DNA of 64,000 nt from the human T2T-CHM13v2.0 reference genome, Homo sapiens: NCBI RefSeq assembly GCF_009914755.1, contig NC_060943.1. One strand, 5' to 3'. The notes under the pieces are model-generated. The model was not told where the DNA came from. It made no database searches and worked only from the letters and a program-made list of their open reading frames with translations. Positions 51,721 through 64,000 of the stretch are shown one piece after another. How positions within the stretch are numbered: position 1 is the stretch's first letter; every line of letters starts with the position of its first letter. The translations under genes were made by a program, and so were the position numbers.

Positions 51721-54700
51721 TCTTCATATTATGCTAGAAAGAAGAATTCTCAGTAACTTCCTTGTGTTGTGTGTATTCAACTCACAGAGTTGAACGATCC
51801 TTTACACAGAGCAGACTTGAAACACTCTTTTTGTGGAATTTGCAAGTGGAGATTTCAGCCGCTTTGAGGTCAATGGTAGAATAGGAAATATCTTCCTATA
51901 GAAACTAGACAGAATGATTCTCAGAAACTCCTTTGTGATGTGTGCGTTCAACTCACAGAGTTTAACCTTTCTTTTCATAGAGCAGTTGGGAAACACTCTG
52001 TTTGTAAAGTCTGCAAGTAGATATTCAGACATCCTTGAGGCTTTCGTTGGAAAAGGGATTTCTTCATATTCTGCTAGAAAGAAGAATTCTCAGTAACTTC
52101 CTTGTGTTGTGTGTATTCAACTCACAGAGTTGAACGATCCTTTACACAGAGCAGACTTGAAACACTCTTTTTGTGGAATTTGCAAGTGGAGATTTCAGCC
52201 GCTTTGAGGTCAATGGTAGAATAGGAAATATCTTCTTATAGAAACTAGACAGAATGATTCTCAGAAACTCCTTTGTGATGTGTGCGTTCAACTCACAGAG
52301 TTTAACCTTTCTTTTCATAGAGCAGTTGGGAAACACTCTGTTTGTAAAGTCTGCAAGTGGATATTCAGACATCCTTGAGGCTTTCGTTGGAAAAGGGATT
52401 TCTTCATATTCTGCTAGAAAGAAGAATTCTCAGTAACTTCCTTGTGTTGTGTGTATTCAACTCACAGAGTTGAACGATCCTTTACACAGAGCAGACTTGA
52501 AACACTCTTTTTGTGGAATTTGCAAGTGGAGATTTCAGCCGCTTTGAGGTCAATGGTAGAATAGGAAATATCTTCCTATAGAAACTAGACAGAATGATTC
52601 TCAGAAACTCCTTTGTGATGTGTGCGTTCAACTCACACAGTTTAACCTTTCTTTTCATAGAGCAGTTAGGAAACACTCTGTTTGTAAAGTCTGCAAGTGG
52701 ATATTCAGACCTCCTTGAGGCCTTCGTTGGAAACGGGATTTCTTCATATTATGCTAGACAGAAGAATTCTCAGTAACTTCCTTGTGTTGTGTGTATTCAA
52801 CTCACAGAGTTGAACGATCCTTTACACAGAGCAGACTTGAAACACTCTTTTTGTGGAATTTGCAAGTGGAGATTTCAGCCGCTTTGAGTTCAAAGGTAGA
52901 ATAGGAAATATCTTCCTATAGAAACTAGACAGAATGATTCTCAGAAACTCCTTTGTGATGTGTGCGTTCAACTCACAGAGTTCAACCTTTCTTTTCATAG
53001 AGCAGTTGGGAAACACTTTGTTTGTAAAGTCTGCAAGTGGATATTCAGACTTCTTTGAGGCCTTCGTTGGAAGCGGGATTTCTTCATGTTCTGCTAGACA
53101 GAAGAATTCTCAGAAACTTCCTTGTGTTGTGTGTTTTCAATTCACAGAGTTGAACGATCCTTTACACAGAGCAGACTTGAAACACTCCTTTTGTGGAATT
53201 TGTAAGTGGAGATTTCAGCCGCTTTGAGGTCAATGGTAGAATAGGAAATATCTTCCTATAGAAAGTAGACAGAATGATTCTCAGAAACTCCTTTGTGATG
53301 TGTGCGTTCAACTCACAGAGTTTAACCTTTCTTTTCATAGAGCAGTTAGGAAACACTCTGTTTGTAAAGTCTGCAAGTGGATATTCAGACCTCCTTGAGG
53401 CCTTCGTTGGAAACGGGATTTCTTCATATTCTGCTAGACAGAAGAATTCTCAGTAACTTCCTTGTGTTGTGTGTATTCAACTCACAGAGTTGAACGATCC
53501 TTTACACAGAGCAGACTTGAAACACTCTTTTTGTGGAATTTGCAAGTGGAGATTTCAGCCGCTGTGAGTTCAATGGTAGAATAGGAAATATCTTCCTATA
53601 GAAACTAGACAGAATGATTCTCAGAAACTCCTTTGTGATGTGTGCGTTCAACTCACAGAGTTCAACCTTTCTTTTCATAGAGCAGTTGGGAAACACTCTG
53701 TTTGTAAAGTCTGCAAGTGGATATTCAGACTTCTTTGAGGCCTTCGTTGGAAGCGGGATTTCTTCATATTCTGCTAGACAGAAGAATTCTCAGTAACTGC
53801 CTTGTGTTGTGTGTATTCAACTCACAGAGTTGAACGATCCTTTACACAGAGCAGACTTGAAACACTCTTTTTGTGGAATTTGCAAGTGGAGATTTCAGCC
53901 GCTTTGAGGTCAATGGTAGAATAGGAAATATCTTCCTATAGAAACTAGACAGAATGATTCTCAGAAACTCCTTTGTGATGTGTGCGTTCAACTCACAGAG
54001 TTTAACCTTTCTTTTCATAGAGCAGTTAGGAAACACTCTGATTGTAATGTCTGCAAGTGGATATTCAGACATCCTTGAGGCCTTCGTTGGAAACGGGATT
54101 TCTTCATATTATGCTAGACAGAAGAATTCTCAGTAACTTCCTTGTGTTGTGTGTATTCAACTCACAGAGTTGAACGATCCTTTACACAGAGCAGACTTGA
54201 AACACTCTTTTTGTGGAATTTGCAAGTGGAGATTTCAGCCGCTTTGAGTTCAATGGTAGAATAGGAAATATCTTCCTATAGAAACTAGACAGAATGATTC
54301 TCAGAAACTCCTTTGTGATGTGTGCGTTCAACTCACAGAGTTCAACCTTTCTTTTCATAGAGCAGTTGGGAAACACTCTGTTTGTAAAGTCTGCAAGTGG
54401 ATATTCAGACTTCTTTGAGGCCTTCGTTGGAAGCGGGATTTCTTCATATTCTGCTAGACAGAAGAATTCTCAGTAACTGCCTTGTGTTGTGTGTATTCAA
54501 CTCACAGAGTTGAACGATCCTTTACACAGAGCAGACTTGAAACACTCTTTTTGTGGAATTTGCAAGTGGAGATTTCAGCCGCTTTGAGGTCAATGGTAGA
54601 ATAGGAAATATCTTCCTATAGAAACTAGACAGAATGATTCTCAGAAACTCCTTTGTGATGTGTGCGTTCAACTCACAGAGTTTACCCTTTCTTTTCATAG

Positions 54701-57700
54701 AGCAGTTAGGAAACACTCTGTTTGTAAAGTCTGCAAGTGGATATTCAGACATCCTTGAGGCTTTCGTTGGAAACGGGATTTCTTCATATTCTGCCAGAAA
54801 GAAGAATTCTCAGTAACTTCCTTGTGTTGTGTGTATTCAACTCACAGAGTTGAACGATCCTTTACACAGAGCAGACTTGAAACACTCTTTTTGTGGAATT
54901 TGCAAGTGGAGATTTCAGCCGCTTTGAGGTCAATGGTAGAATAAGAAATATCTTCCTATAGAAACTAGACAGAATGATTCTCAGAAACTCCTTTGTGATG
55001 TGTGCGTTCAACTCACAGAGTTTAACCTTTCTTTTCATAGAGCAGTTAGGAAACACCCTGTTTGTACAGTCTGCAAGTGGATATTGAGACATCCTTGAGG
55101 CTTTCGTTGGAAACGGGATTTCTTCATATTCTGCTAGAAAGAAGAATTCTCAGTAACTTCCTTGTGTTGTGTGTATTCAACTCACAGAGTTGAACGATCC
55201 TTTACACAGAGCAGACTTGAAACACTCTTTTTGTGGAATTTGCAAGTGGAGATTTCAGCCGCTGTGAGGTCAATGGTAGAATAGGAAATATCTTCCTATA
55301 GAAACTAGACAGAATGATTCTCAGAAACTCCTTTGTGATGTGTGCGTTCAACTCACAGAGTTTAACCTTTCTTTTCATAGAGCAGTTGGGAAACACTCTG
55401 TTTGTAAAGTCTGCAAGTGGATATTCAGACATCCTTGAGGCTTTCGTTGGAAACGGGATTTCTTCATATTCTGCTAGAAAGAAGAATTCTCAGTAACTTC
55501 CTTGTGTTGTGTGTATTCAACTCACAGAGTTGAACGATCCTTTACACAGAGCAGACTTGAAACACTCTTTTTGTGGAATTTGCAAGTGGAGATTTCAGCC
55601 GCTTTGAGGTCAATGGTAGAATAGGAAATATCTTCCTATAGAAAGTAGACAGAATGATTCTGTGAAACTCCTTTGTGATGTGTGCGTTCAACTCACACAG
55701 TTTAACCTTTCTTTTCATAGAGCAGTTAGGAAACACTCTGTTTGTAAAGTCTGCAAGTGGATATTCAGACCTCCTTGAGGCCTTCGTTGGAAACGGGATT
55801 TCTTCATATTATGCTAGAAAGAAGAATTCCCAGTAACTTCCTTGTGTTGTGTGTATACAACTCACAGAGTTGAACGATCCTTTACACAGAGCAGACTTGA
55901 AACACTCTTTTTGTGGAATTTGCAAGTGGAGATTTCAGCCGCTTTGAGTTCAATGGTAGAATAGGAAATATCTTCCTATAGAAACTAGACAGAATGATTC
56001 TCAGAAACTCCTTTGTGATGTGTGCGTTCAACTCACAGAGTTCAACCTTTCTTTTCATAGAGCAGTTGGGAAACACTCTGTTTGTAAAGTCTGCAAGTGG
56101 ATATTCAGACTTCTTTGAGGCCTTCGTTGGAAGCGGGATTTCTTCATATTCTGCTAGACAGAAGAATTCTCAGAAACTTCCTTGTGTTGTGTGTTTTCAA
56201 CTCACAGAGTTGAACGATCCTTTACACAGAGCAGACTTGAAACACTCCTTTTGTGGAATTTGCAAGTGGAGATTTCAGCCGCTTTGAGGTCAATGGTAGA
56301 ATAGGAAATATCTTCCTATAGAAAGTAGACAGAATGATTCTCAGAAACTCCTTTGTGATGTGTGCGTTCAACTCACAGAGTTTAACCTTTCTTTTCATAG
56401 AGCAGTTAGGAAACACTCTGTTTGTAAAGTCTGCAAGTGGATATTCAGACCTCCTTGAGGCCTTCGTTGGAAACGGGATTTCTTCATATTATGCTAGACA
56501 GAAGAATTCTCAGTAACTTCCTTGTGTTGTGTGTATTCAACTCACAGAGTTGAACGATCCTTTACACAGAGCAGACTTGAAACACTCTTTTTGTGGAATT
56601 TGCAAGTGGAGATTTCAGCCGCTTTGAGTTCAATGGTAGAATAGGAAATATCTTCCTATAGAAACTAGACAGAATGATTCTCAGAAACTCCTTTGTGATG
56701 TGTGCGTTCAACTCACAGAGTTCAACCTTTCTTTTCATAGAGCAGTTGGGAAACACTCTGTTTGTAAAGTCCGCAAGTGGATATTCAGACTTCTTTGAGG
56801 CCTTCGTTGGAAGTGGGATTTCTTCATATTCTGCTAGACAGAAGAATTCTCAGTAACTTCCTTGTGTTGTGTGTATTCAACTCACAGAGTTGAACGATCC
56901 TTTACACAGAGCAGACTTGAAACACTCTTTTTGTGGAATTTGCAAGTGGAGATTTCAGCCGCTTTGAGGTCAATGGTAGAATAGGAAATATCTTCCTATA
57001 GAAACTAGACAGAATGATTCTCAGAAACTCCTTTGTGATGTGTGCATTCAACTCACAGAGTTTAACCTTTCTTTTCATAGAGCAGTTAGGAAACACTCTG
57101 TTTGTAAAGTCTGCAAGTGGATATTCAGACATCCTTGAGGCTTTCGTTGGAAACGGGATTTCTTCATATTCTGCTAGAAAGAAGAATTCTCAGTAACTTC
57201 CTTGTGTTGTGTGTATTCAACTCACAGAGTTGAACGATCCTTTACACAGAGCAGACTTGAAACACTCCTTTTGTGGAATTTGCAAGTGGAGATTTCAGCC
57301 GCTTTGAGGTCAAAGGTAGAATAGGAAATATCTTCCTATAGAAACTAGACAGAATGATTCTCAGAAACTCCTTTGTGATGTGTGCGTTCAACTCACAGAG
57401 TTTAACCTTTCTTTTCATAGAGCAGTTGGGAAACACTCTGTTTGTAAAGTCTGCAAGTGGATATTCAGACTTCTTTGAGGCTTTCGTTGGAAACGGGATT
57501 TCTTCATATTCTGCTAGAAAGAAGAATTCTCAGTAACTTCCTTGTGTTGTGTGTATTCAAATCACAGATTTGCACGATCCTTTACACAGAGCAGACTTGA
57601 AACACTCTTTTTGTGGAATTTGCAAGTGGAGATTTCAGCCGCTTTGAGGTCAATGGTAGAATAGGAAATATCTTCCTATAGAAACTAGACAGAATGATTC

Positions 57701-60700
57701 TCAGAAACTCCTTTGTGATGTGTGCGTTCAACTCACAGAGTTCAACCTTTCTTTTCATAGAGCAGTTGGGAAACACTCTGTTTGTAAAGTCTGCAAGTGG
57801 ATATTCAGACTTCTTTGAGGCCTTCGTTGGAAGCGGGATTTCTTCATATTCTGCTAGACAGAAGAATTCTCAGTAACTGCCTTGTGTTGTGTGTATTCAA
57901 CTCACAGAGTTGAACGATCCTTTACACAGAGCAGACTTGAAACACTCTTTTTGTGGAATTTGCAAGTGGAGATTTCAGCCGCTTTGAGGTCAATGGTAGA
58001 ATAGGAAATATCTTCCTATAGAAAGTAGACAGAATGATTCTCAGAAACTCCTTTGTGATGTGTGCGTTCAACTCACAGAGTTTACCCTTTCTTTTCATAG
58101 AGCAGTTAGGAAACACTCTGTTTGTAAAGTCTGCAAGTGGATATTCAGACATCCTTGAGGCTTTCGTTGGAAACGGGATTTCTTCATATTCTGCCAGAAA
58201 GAAGAATTCTCAGTAACTTCCTTGTGTTGTGTGTATTCAACTCACAGAGTTGAACGATCCTTTACACAGAGCAGACTTGAAACACTCTTTTTGTGGAATT
58301 TGCAAGTGGAGATTTCAGCCGCTTTGAGGTCAATGGTAGAATAGGAAATATCTTCCTATAGAAACTAGACAGAATGATTCTCAGAAACTCCTTTGTGATG
58401 TGTGCGTTCAACTCACAGAGTTTAACCTTTCTTTTCATAGAGCAGTTAGGAAACACTCTGTTTGTACAGTCTGCAAGTGGATATTCAGACATCCTTGAGG
58501 CTTTCGTTGGAAACGGGATTTCTTCATATTCTGCTAGAAAGAAGAATTCTCAGTAACTTCCTTGTGTTGTGTGTATTCAACTCACAGAGTTGAACGATCC
58601 TTTACACAGAGCAGACTTGAAACACTCTTTTTGTGGAATTTGCAAGTGGAGATTTCAGCCGCTGTGAGGTCAATGGTAGAATAGGAAATATCTTCCTATA
58701 GAAACTAGACAGAATGATTCTCAGAAACTCCTTTGTGATGTGTGCGTTCAACTCACAGAGTTTAACCTTTCTTTTCATAGAGCAGTTGGGAAACACTCTG
58801 TTTGTAAAGTCTGCAAGTGGATATTCAGACATCCTTGAGGCTTTCGTTGGAAACGGGATTTCTTCATATTCTGCTAGAAAGAAGAATTCTCAGTAACTTC
58901 CTTGTGTTGTGTGTATTCAACTCACAGAGTTGAACGATCCTTTACACAGAGCAGACTTGAAACACTCTTTTTGTGGAATTTGCAAGTGGAGATTTCAGCC
59001 GCTTTGAGTTCAATGGTAGAATAGGAAATATCTTCCTATAGAAACTAGACAGAATGATTCTCAGAAACTCCTTTGTGATGTGTGCGTTCAACTCACAGAG
59101 TTCAACCTTTCTTTTCATAGAGCAGTTGGGAAACACTCTGTTTGTAAAGTCTGCAAGTGGATATTCAGACTTCTTTGAGGCCTTCGTTGGAAGCGGGATT
59201 TCTTCATATTCTGCTAGACAGAAGAATTCTCAGAAACTTCCTTGTGTTGTGTGTATTCAACTCACAGAGTTGAACGATCCTTTACACAGAGCAGACTTGA
59301 AACACTCCTTTTGTGGAATTTGCAAGTGGAGATTTCAGCCGCTTTGAGGTCAATGGTAGAATAGGAAATATCTTCCTATAGAAAGTAGACAGAATGATTC
59401 TCAGAAACTCCTTTGTGATGTGTGCGTTCAACTCACAGAGTTTAACCTTTCTTTTCATAGAGCTGTTAGGAAACACTCTGTTTGTAAAGTCTGCAAGTGG
59501 ATATTCAGACCTCCTTGAGGCCTTCGTTGGAAACGGGATTTCTTCATATTATGCTAGACAGAAGAATTCTCAGTAACTTCCTTGTGTTGTGTGTATTCAA
59601 CTCACAGAGTTGAACGATCCTTTACACAGAGCAGACTTGAAACACTCTTTTTGTGGAATTTGCAAGTGGAGATTTCAGCCGCTTTGAGTTCAATGGTAGA
59701 ATAGGAAATATCTTCCTATAGAAACTAGACAGAATGATTCTCAGAAACTCCTTTGTGATGTGTGCGTTCAACTCACAGAGTTCAACCTTTCTTTTCATAG
59801 AGCAGTTGGGAAACACTCTGTTTGTAAAGTCTGCAAGTGGATATTCAGACTTCTTTGAGGCCTTCGTTGGAAGCGGGATTTCTTCATATTCTGCTAGACA
59901 GAAGAATTCTCAGTAACTTCCTTGTGTTGTGTGTATTCAACTCACAGAGTTGAACGATCCTTTACACAGAGCAGACTTGAAACACTCTTTTTGTGGAATT
60001 TGCAAGTGGAGATTTCAGCCGCTTTGAGGTCAATGGTAGAATAGGAAATATCTTCCTATAGAAACTAGACAGAATGATTCTCAGAAACTCCTTTGTGATG
60101 TGTGCGTTCAACTCACAGAGTTTAACCTTTCTTTTCATAGAGCAGTTAGGAAACACTCTGTTTGTAAAGTCTGCAAGTGGATATTCAGACATCCTTGAGG
60201 CTTTCGTTGGAAACGGGATTTCTTCATATTCTGCTAGAAAGAAGAATTCTCAGTAACTTCCTTGTGTTGTGTGTATTCAACTCACAGAGTTGCACGATCC
60301 TTTACACAGAGCAGACTTGAAACACTCTTTTTGTGGAATTTGCAAGTGGAGATTTCAGCCGCTTTGAGGTCAATGGTAGAATAGGAAATATCTTCCTATG
60401 GAAACTAGACAGAATGATTCTCAGAAACTTCTTTGTGATGTGTGCGTTCAACTCACAGAGTTTAACCTTTCTTTTCATAGAGCAGTTAGGAAACACTCTG
60501 TTTGTAAAGTCTGCAAGTGGATATTCAGACCTCCTTGAGGCCTTCGTTGGAAGCGGGATTTCTTCATGTTCTGCTAGACAGAAGAATTCTCAGAAACTTC
60601 CTTGTGTTGTGTGTTTTCAACTCACAGAGTTGAACGATCCTTTACACAGAGCAGACTTGAAACACTCCTTTTGTGGAATTTGCAAGTGGAGATTTCAGCC

Positions 60701-63700
60701 GCTTTGAGGTCAATGGTAGAATAGGAAATATCTTCCTATAGAAACTAGACAGAATGATTCTCAGAAACTCCTTTGTGATGTGTGCGTTCAACTCACAGAG
60801 TTCAACCTTTCTTTTCATAGAGCAGTTGGGAAACACTCTGTTTGTAAAGTCTGCAAGTGGATATTCAGACTTCTTTGAGGCCTTCGTTGGAAGCGGGATT
60901 TCTTCATATTCTGCTAGACAGAAGAATTCTCATAAACTTCCTTGTGTTGTGTGTTTTCAACTCACAGAGTTGAACGATCCTTTACACAGAGCAGACTTGA
61001 AATACTCCTTTTGTGGAATTTGCAAGTGGAGATTTCAGCCGCTTTGAGGTCAATGGTAGAATAGGAAATATATTCCTATAGAAAGTAGACAGAATGATTC
61101 TCAGAAACTCCTTTGTGATGTGTGCGTTCAACTCACAGAGTTTAACCTTTCTTTTCATAGAGCAGTTAGGAAACACTCTGTTTGTAAAGTCTGCAAGTGG
61201 ATATTCAGACCTCCTTGAGGCCTTCGTTGGAAACGGGATTTCTTCATATTATGCTAGACAGAAGAATTCTCAGTAACTTCCTTGTGTTGTGTGTATTCAA
61301 CTCACAGAGTTGAACGATCCTTTACACAGAGCAGACTTGAAACACTCTTTTTGTGGAATTTGCAAGTGGAGATTTCAGCCGCTTTGAGTTCAATGGTAGA
61401 ATAGGAAATATCTTCCTATAGAAACTAGACAGAATGATTCTCAGAAACTCCTTTGTGATGTGTGCGTTCAACTCACAGAGTTCAACCTTTCTTTTCATAG
61501 AGCAGTTGGGAAACACTCTGTTTGTAAAGTCTGCAAGTGGATATTCAGACTTCTTTGAGGCCTTCGTTGGAAGCGGGATTTCTTCATATTCTGCTAGACA
61601 GAAGAATTCTCAGTAACTTCCTTGTGTTGTGTGTATTCAACTCACAGAGTTGAACGATCCTTTACACAGAGCAGACTTGAAACACTCTTTTTGTGGAATT
61701 TGCAAGTGGAGATTTCAGCCGCTTTGAGGTCAATGGTAGAATAGGAAATATCTTCCTATAGAAACTAGACAGAATGATTCTCAGAAACTCCTTTGTGATG
61801 TGTGCGTTCAACTCACAGAGTTTAACCTTTCTTTTCATAGAGCAGTTAGGAAACACTCTGTTTGTAAAGTCTGCAAGTGGATATTCAGACATCCTTGAGG
61901 CTTTCGTTGGAAACGGGATTTCTTCATATTCTGCTAGAAAGAAGAATTCTCAGTAACTTCCTTGTGTTGTGTGTATTCAACTCACAGAGTTGAACGATCC
62001 TTTACACAGAGCAGACTTGAAACACTCCTTTTGTGGAATTTGCAAGTGGAGATTTCAGCCGCTTTGAGGTCAATGGTAGAATAGGAAATATCTTCCTATA
62101 GAAACTAGACAGAATGATTCTCAGAAACTCCTTTGTGATGTGTGCGTTCAACTCACACAGTTTAACCTTTCTTTTCATAGAGCAGTTGGGAAACACTCTG
62201 TTTGTAAAGTCTGCAAGTGGATATTCAGACATCCTTGAGGCTTTCGTTGGAAACGGGATTTCTTCATATTCTGCTAGAAAGAAGAATTCTCAGTAACTTC
62301 CTTGTGTTGTGTGTATTCAACTCACAGAGTTGCACGATCCTTTACACAGAGCAGACTTGAAACACTCTTTTTGTGGAATTTGCAAGTGGAGATTTCAGCC
62401 GCTTTGAGGTCAATGGTAGAATAGGAAATATCTTCCTATGGAAACTAGACAGAATGATTCTCAGAAACTTCTTTGTGATGTGTGCGTTCAACTCACAGAG
62501 TTTAACCTTTCTTTTCATAGAGCAGTTAGGAAACACTCTGTTTGTAAAGTCTGCAAGTGGATATTCAGACCTCCTTGAGGCCTTCGTTGGAAACGGGATT
62601 TCTTCATATTATGCTAGACAGAAGAATTCTCAGTATCTTCCTTGTGTTGTGTGTATTCAACTCAGAGAGTTGAACGATCCTTTACACAGAGCAGACTTGA
62701 AACACTCTTTTTGTGGAATTTGCAAGTGGAGATTTCAGCCGCTGTGAGTTCAATGGTAGAATAGGAAATATCTTCCTATAGAAACTAGACAGAATGATTC
62801 TCAGAAACTCCTTTGTGATGTGTGCGTTCAAGTCACAGAGTTCAACCTTTCTTTTCATAGAGCAGTTGGGAAACACTCTGTTTGTAAAGTCTGCAAGTGG
62901 ATATTCAGACTTCTTTGAGGCCTTCGTTGGAAGCGGGATTTCTTCATATTCTGCTAGACAGAAGAATTCTCAGTAACTGCCTTGTGTTGTGTGTATTCAA
63001 CTCACAGAGTTGAACGATCCTTTACACAGAGCAGACTTGAAACACTCTTTTTGTGGAATTTGCAAGTGGAGATTTCAGCCGCTTTGAGATCAATGGTAGA
63101 ATAGGAAATATCTTCCTATAGAAACTAGACAGAATGATTCTCAGAAACTCCTTTGTGATGTGTGCGTTCAACTCACAGAGTTTAACCTTTCTTTTCATAG
63201 AGCAGTTAGGAAACACTCTGATTGTAAAGTCTGCAAGTGGATATTCAGACCTCCTTGAGGCCTTCGTTGGAAACGGGATTTCTTCATATTATGCTAGACA
63301 GAAGAATTCTCAGTAACTTCCTTGTGTTGTGTGTATTCAACTCACAGAGTTGAACGATCCTTTACACAGAGCAGACTTGAAACACTCTTTTTGTGGAATT
63401 TGCAAGTGGAGATTTCAGCCGCTTTGAGGTCAATGGTAGAATAGGAAATATCTTCCTATAGAAACTAGACAGAATGATTCTCAGAAACTCCTTTGTGATG
63501 TGTGCGTTCAACTCACAGAGTTCAACCTTTCTTTTCATAGAGCAGTTGGGAAACACTCTGTTTGTAAAGTCTGCAAGTGGATATTCAGACTTCTTTGAGG
63601 CCTTCGTTGGAAGCGGGATTTCTTCATATTCTGCTAGACAGAAGAATTCTCAGTAACTTCCTTGTGTTGTGTGTATTCAACTCACAGAGTTGAACGATGC

Positions 63701-64000
63701 TTTACACAGAGGAGACTTGAAACACTCTTTTTGTGGAATTTGCAAGTGGAGATTTCAGCCGCTTTGAGGTCAATGGTAGAATAGGAAATATCTTCATATA
63801 GAAACTAGACAGAATGATTCTCAGAAACTCCTTTGTGATGTGTGCGTTCAACTCACACAGTTTAACCTTTCTTTTCATAGAGCAGTTAGGAAACACTCTG
63901 TTTGTAAAGTCTGCAAGTGGATATTCAGACCTCCTTGAGGCCTTCGTTGGAAACGGGATTTCTTCATATTATGCTAGACAGAAGAATTCTCAGTAACTTC

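Larger units (their letters stand above)
1..64000. repeat. Alpha-satellite (alphoid) array, SF1 340-bp dimer, Cen1-like / D1Z7-D5Z2-D19Z3 (S1C1/5/19H1L) family; likely an active-centromere-type homogeneous array
   Basis: Strict 340-bp periodicity: the repeat-derived ORF anchors run from 135 to 63702, which is 187x340 minus 13 bp of deletions. Two alternating ~170-bp alphoid monomers (CAACTCACAGAGTT, GAAACACTCT, TTTGCAAGTGGA, CTAGACAGAA motifs). One GAATTC per dimer (first at 77-82) and a CENP-B box in every second monomer. Single orientation throughout. The family assignment is from recalled consensus, not a database search. Confidence 0.97.

Noticed and set aside
135-63996. Hundreds of 60-124 aa ORFs on both strands (MILRNSFVMCAF..., MSEYPLADF..., MFPNCSMKRK...)
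   Set aside because: They are chance open frames of the 340-bp satellite, repeated with it, overlapping on opposite strands, and gained or lost by single SNVs. Many start at non-ATG codons and none resembles a protein family I recognise.
1-64000. CRISPR-like array or diversity-generating cassette system
   Set aside because: There are no unique spacers and no cas, reverse transcriptase or recombinase genes. The variation is SNV-level haplotype shuffling typical of satellite turnover.
1-64000. Inversion or strand switch within the array
   Set aside because: All CENP-B boxes and EcoRI-phase motifs read in the same orientation from start to end.
1-64000. Definite assignment to chromosome 1 (versus 19 or 5), or to the CENP-A/kinetochore domain
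   Set aside because: The family is shared by chr1, 5 and 19, and kinetochore position is epigenetic. Neither can be determined from this sequence without alignment and chromatin data.

Overview
The whole 64 kb window is a head-to-tail array of human-type centromeric alpha-satellite DNA from suprachromosomal family 1. It is built from a 340-bp dimer (169+171 bp spacing) with one EcoRI site and one CENP-B box per dimer, giving about 188 dimers and 189 CENP-B box positions. The sequence matches my recollection of the Cen1-like / D1Z7-D5Z2-D19Z3 (S1C1/5/19H1L) family, and the dimer-dominated form points to chr1 or chr19, which I cannot separate by eye. I found no genes, RNA genes, transposons, inversions or CRISPR array, and every ORF in the track is an artefact of the repeat. 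I do not see a new biological system in the gene or operon sense. The interesting signal is a second layer of order in the single-base variants: three dimer subtypes in a stereotyped order, an emergent 10-dimer (3.4 kb) super-repeat, nested tandem duplications (1.36, 1.7, 6.12 and ~11 kb) with visible recombinant junction dimers, one ~390-bp island of divergent ancestral-HOR-type monomers at 51.3-51.7 kb with locally broken CENP-B boxes, and two perfect short dyads per dimer.
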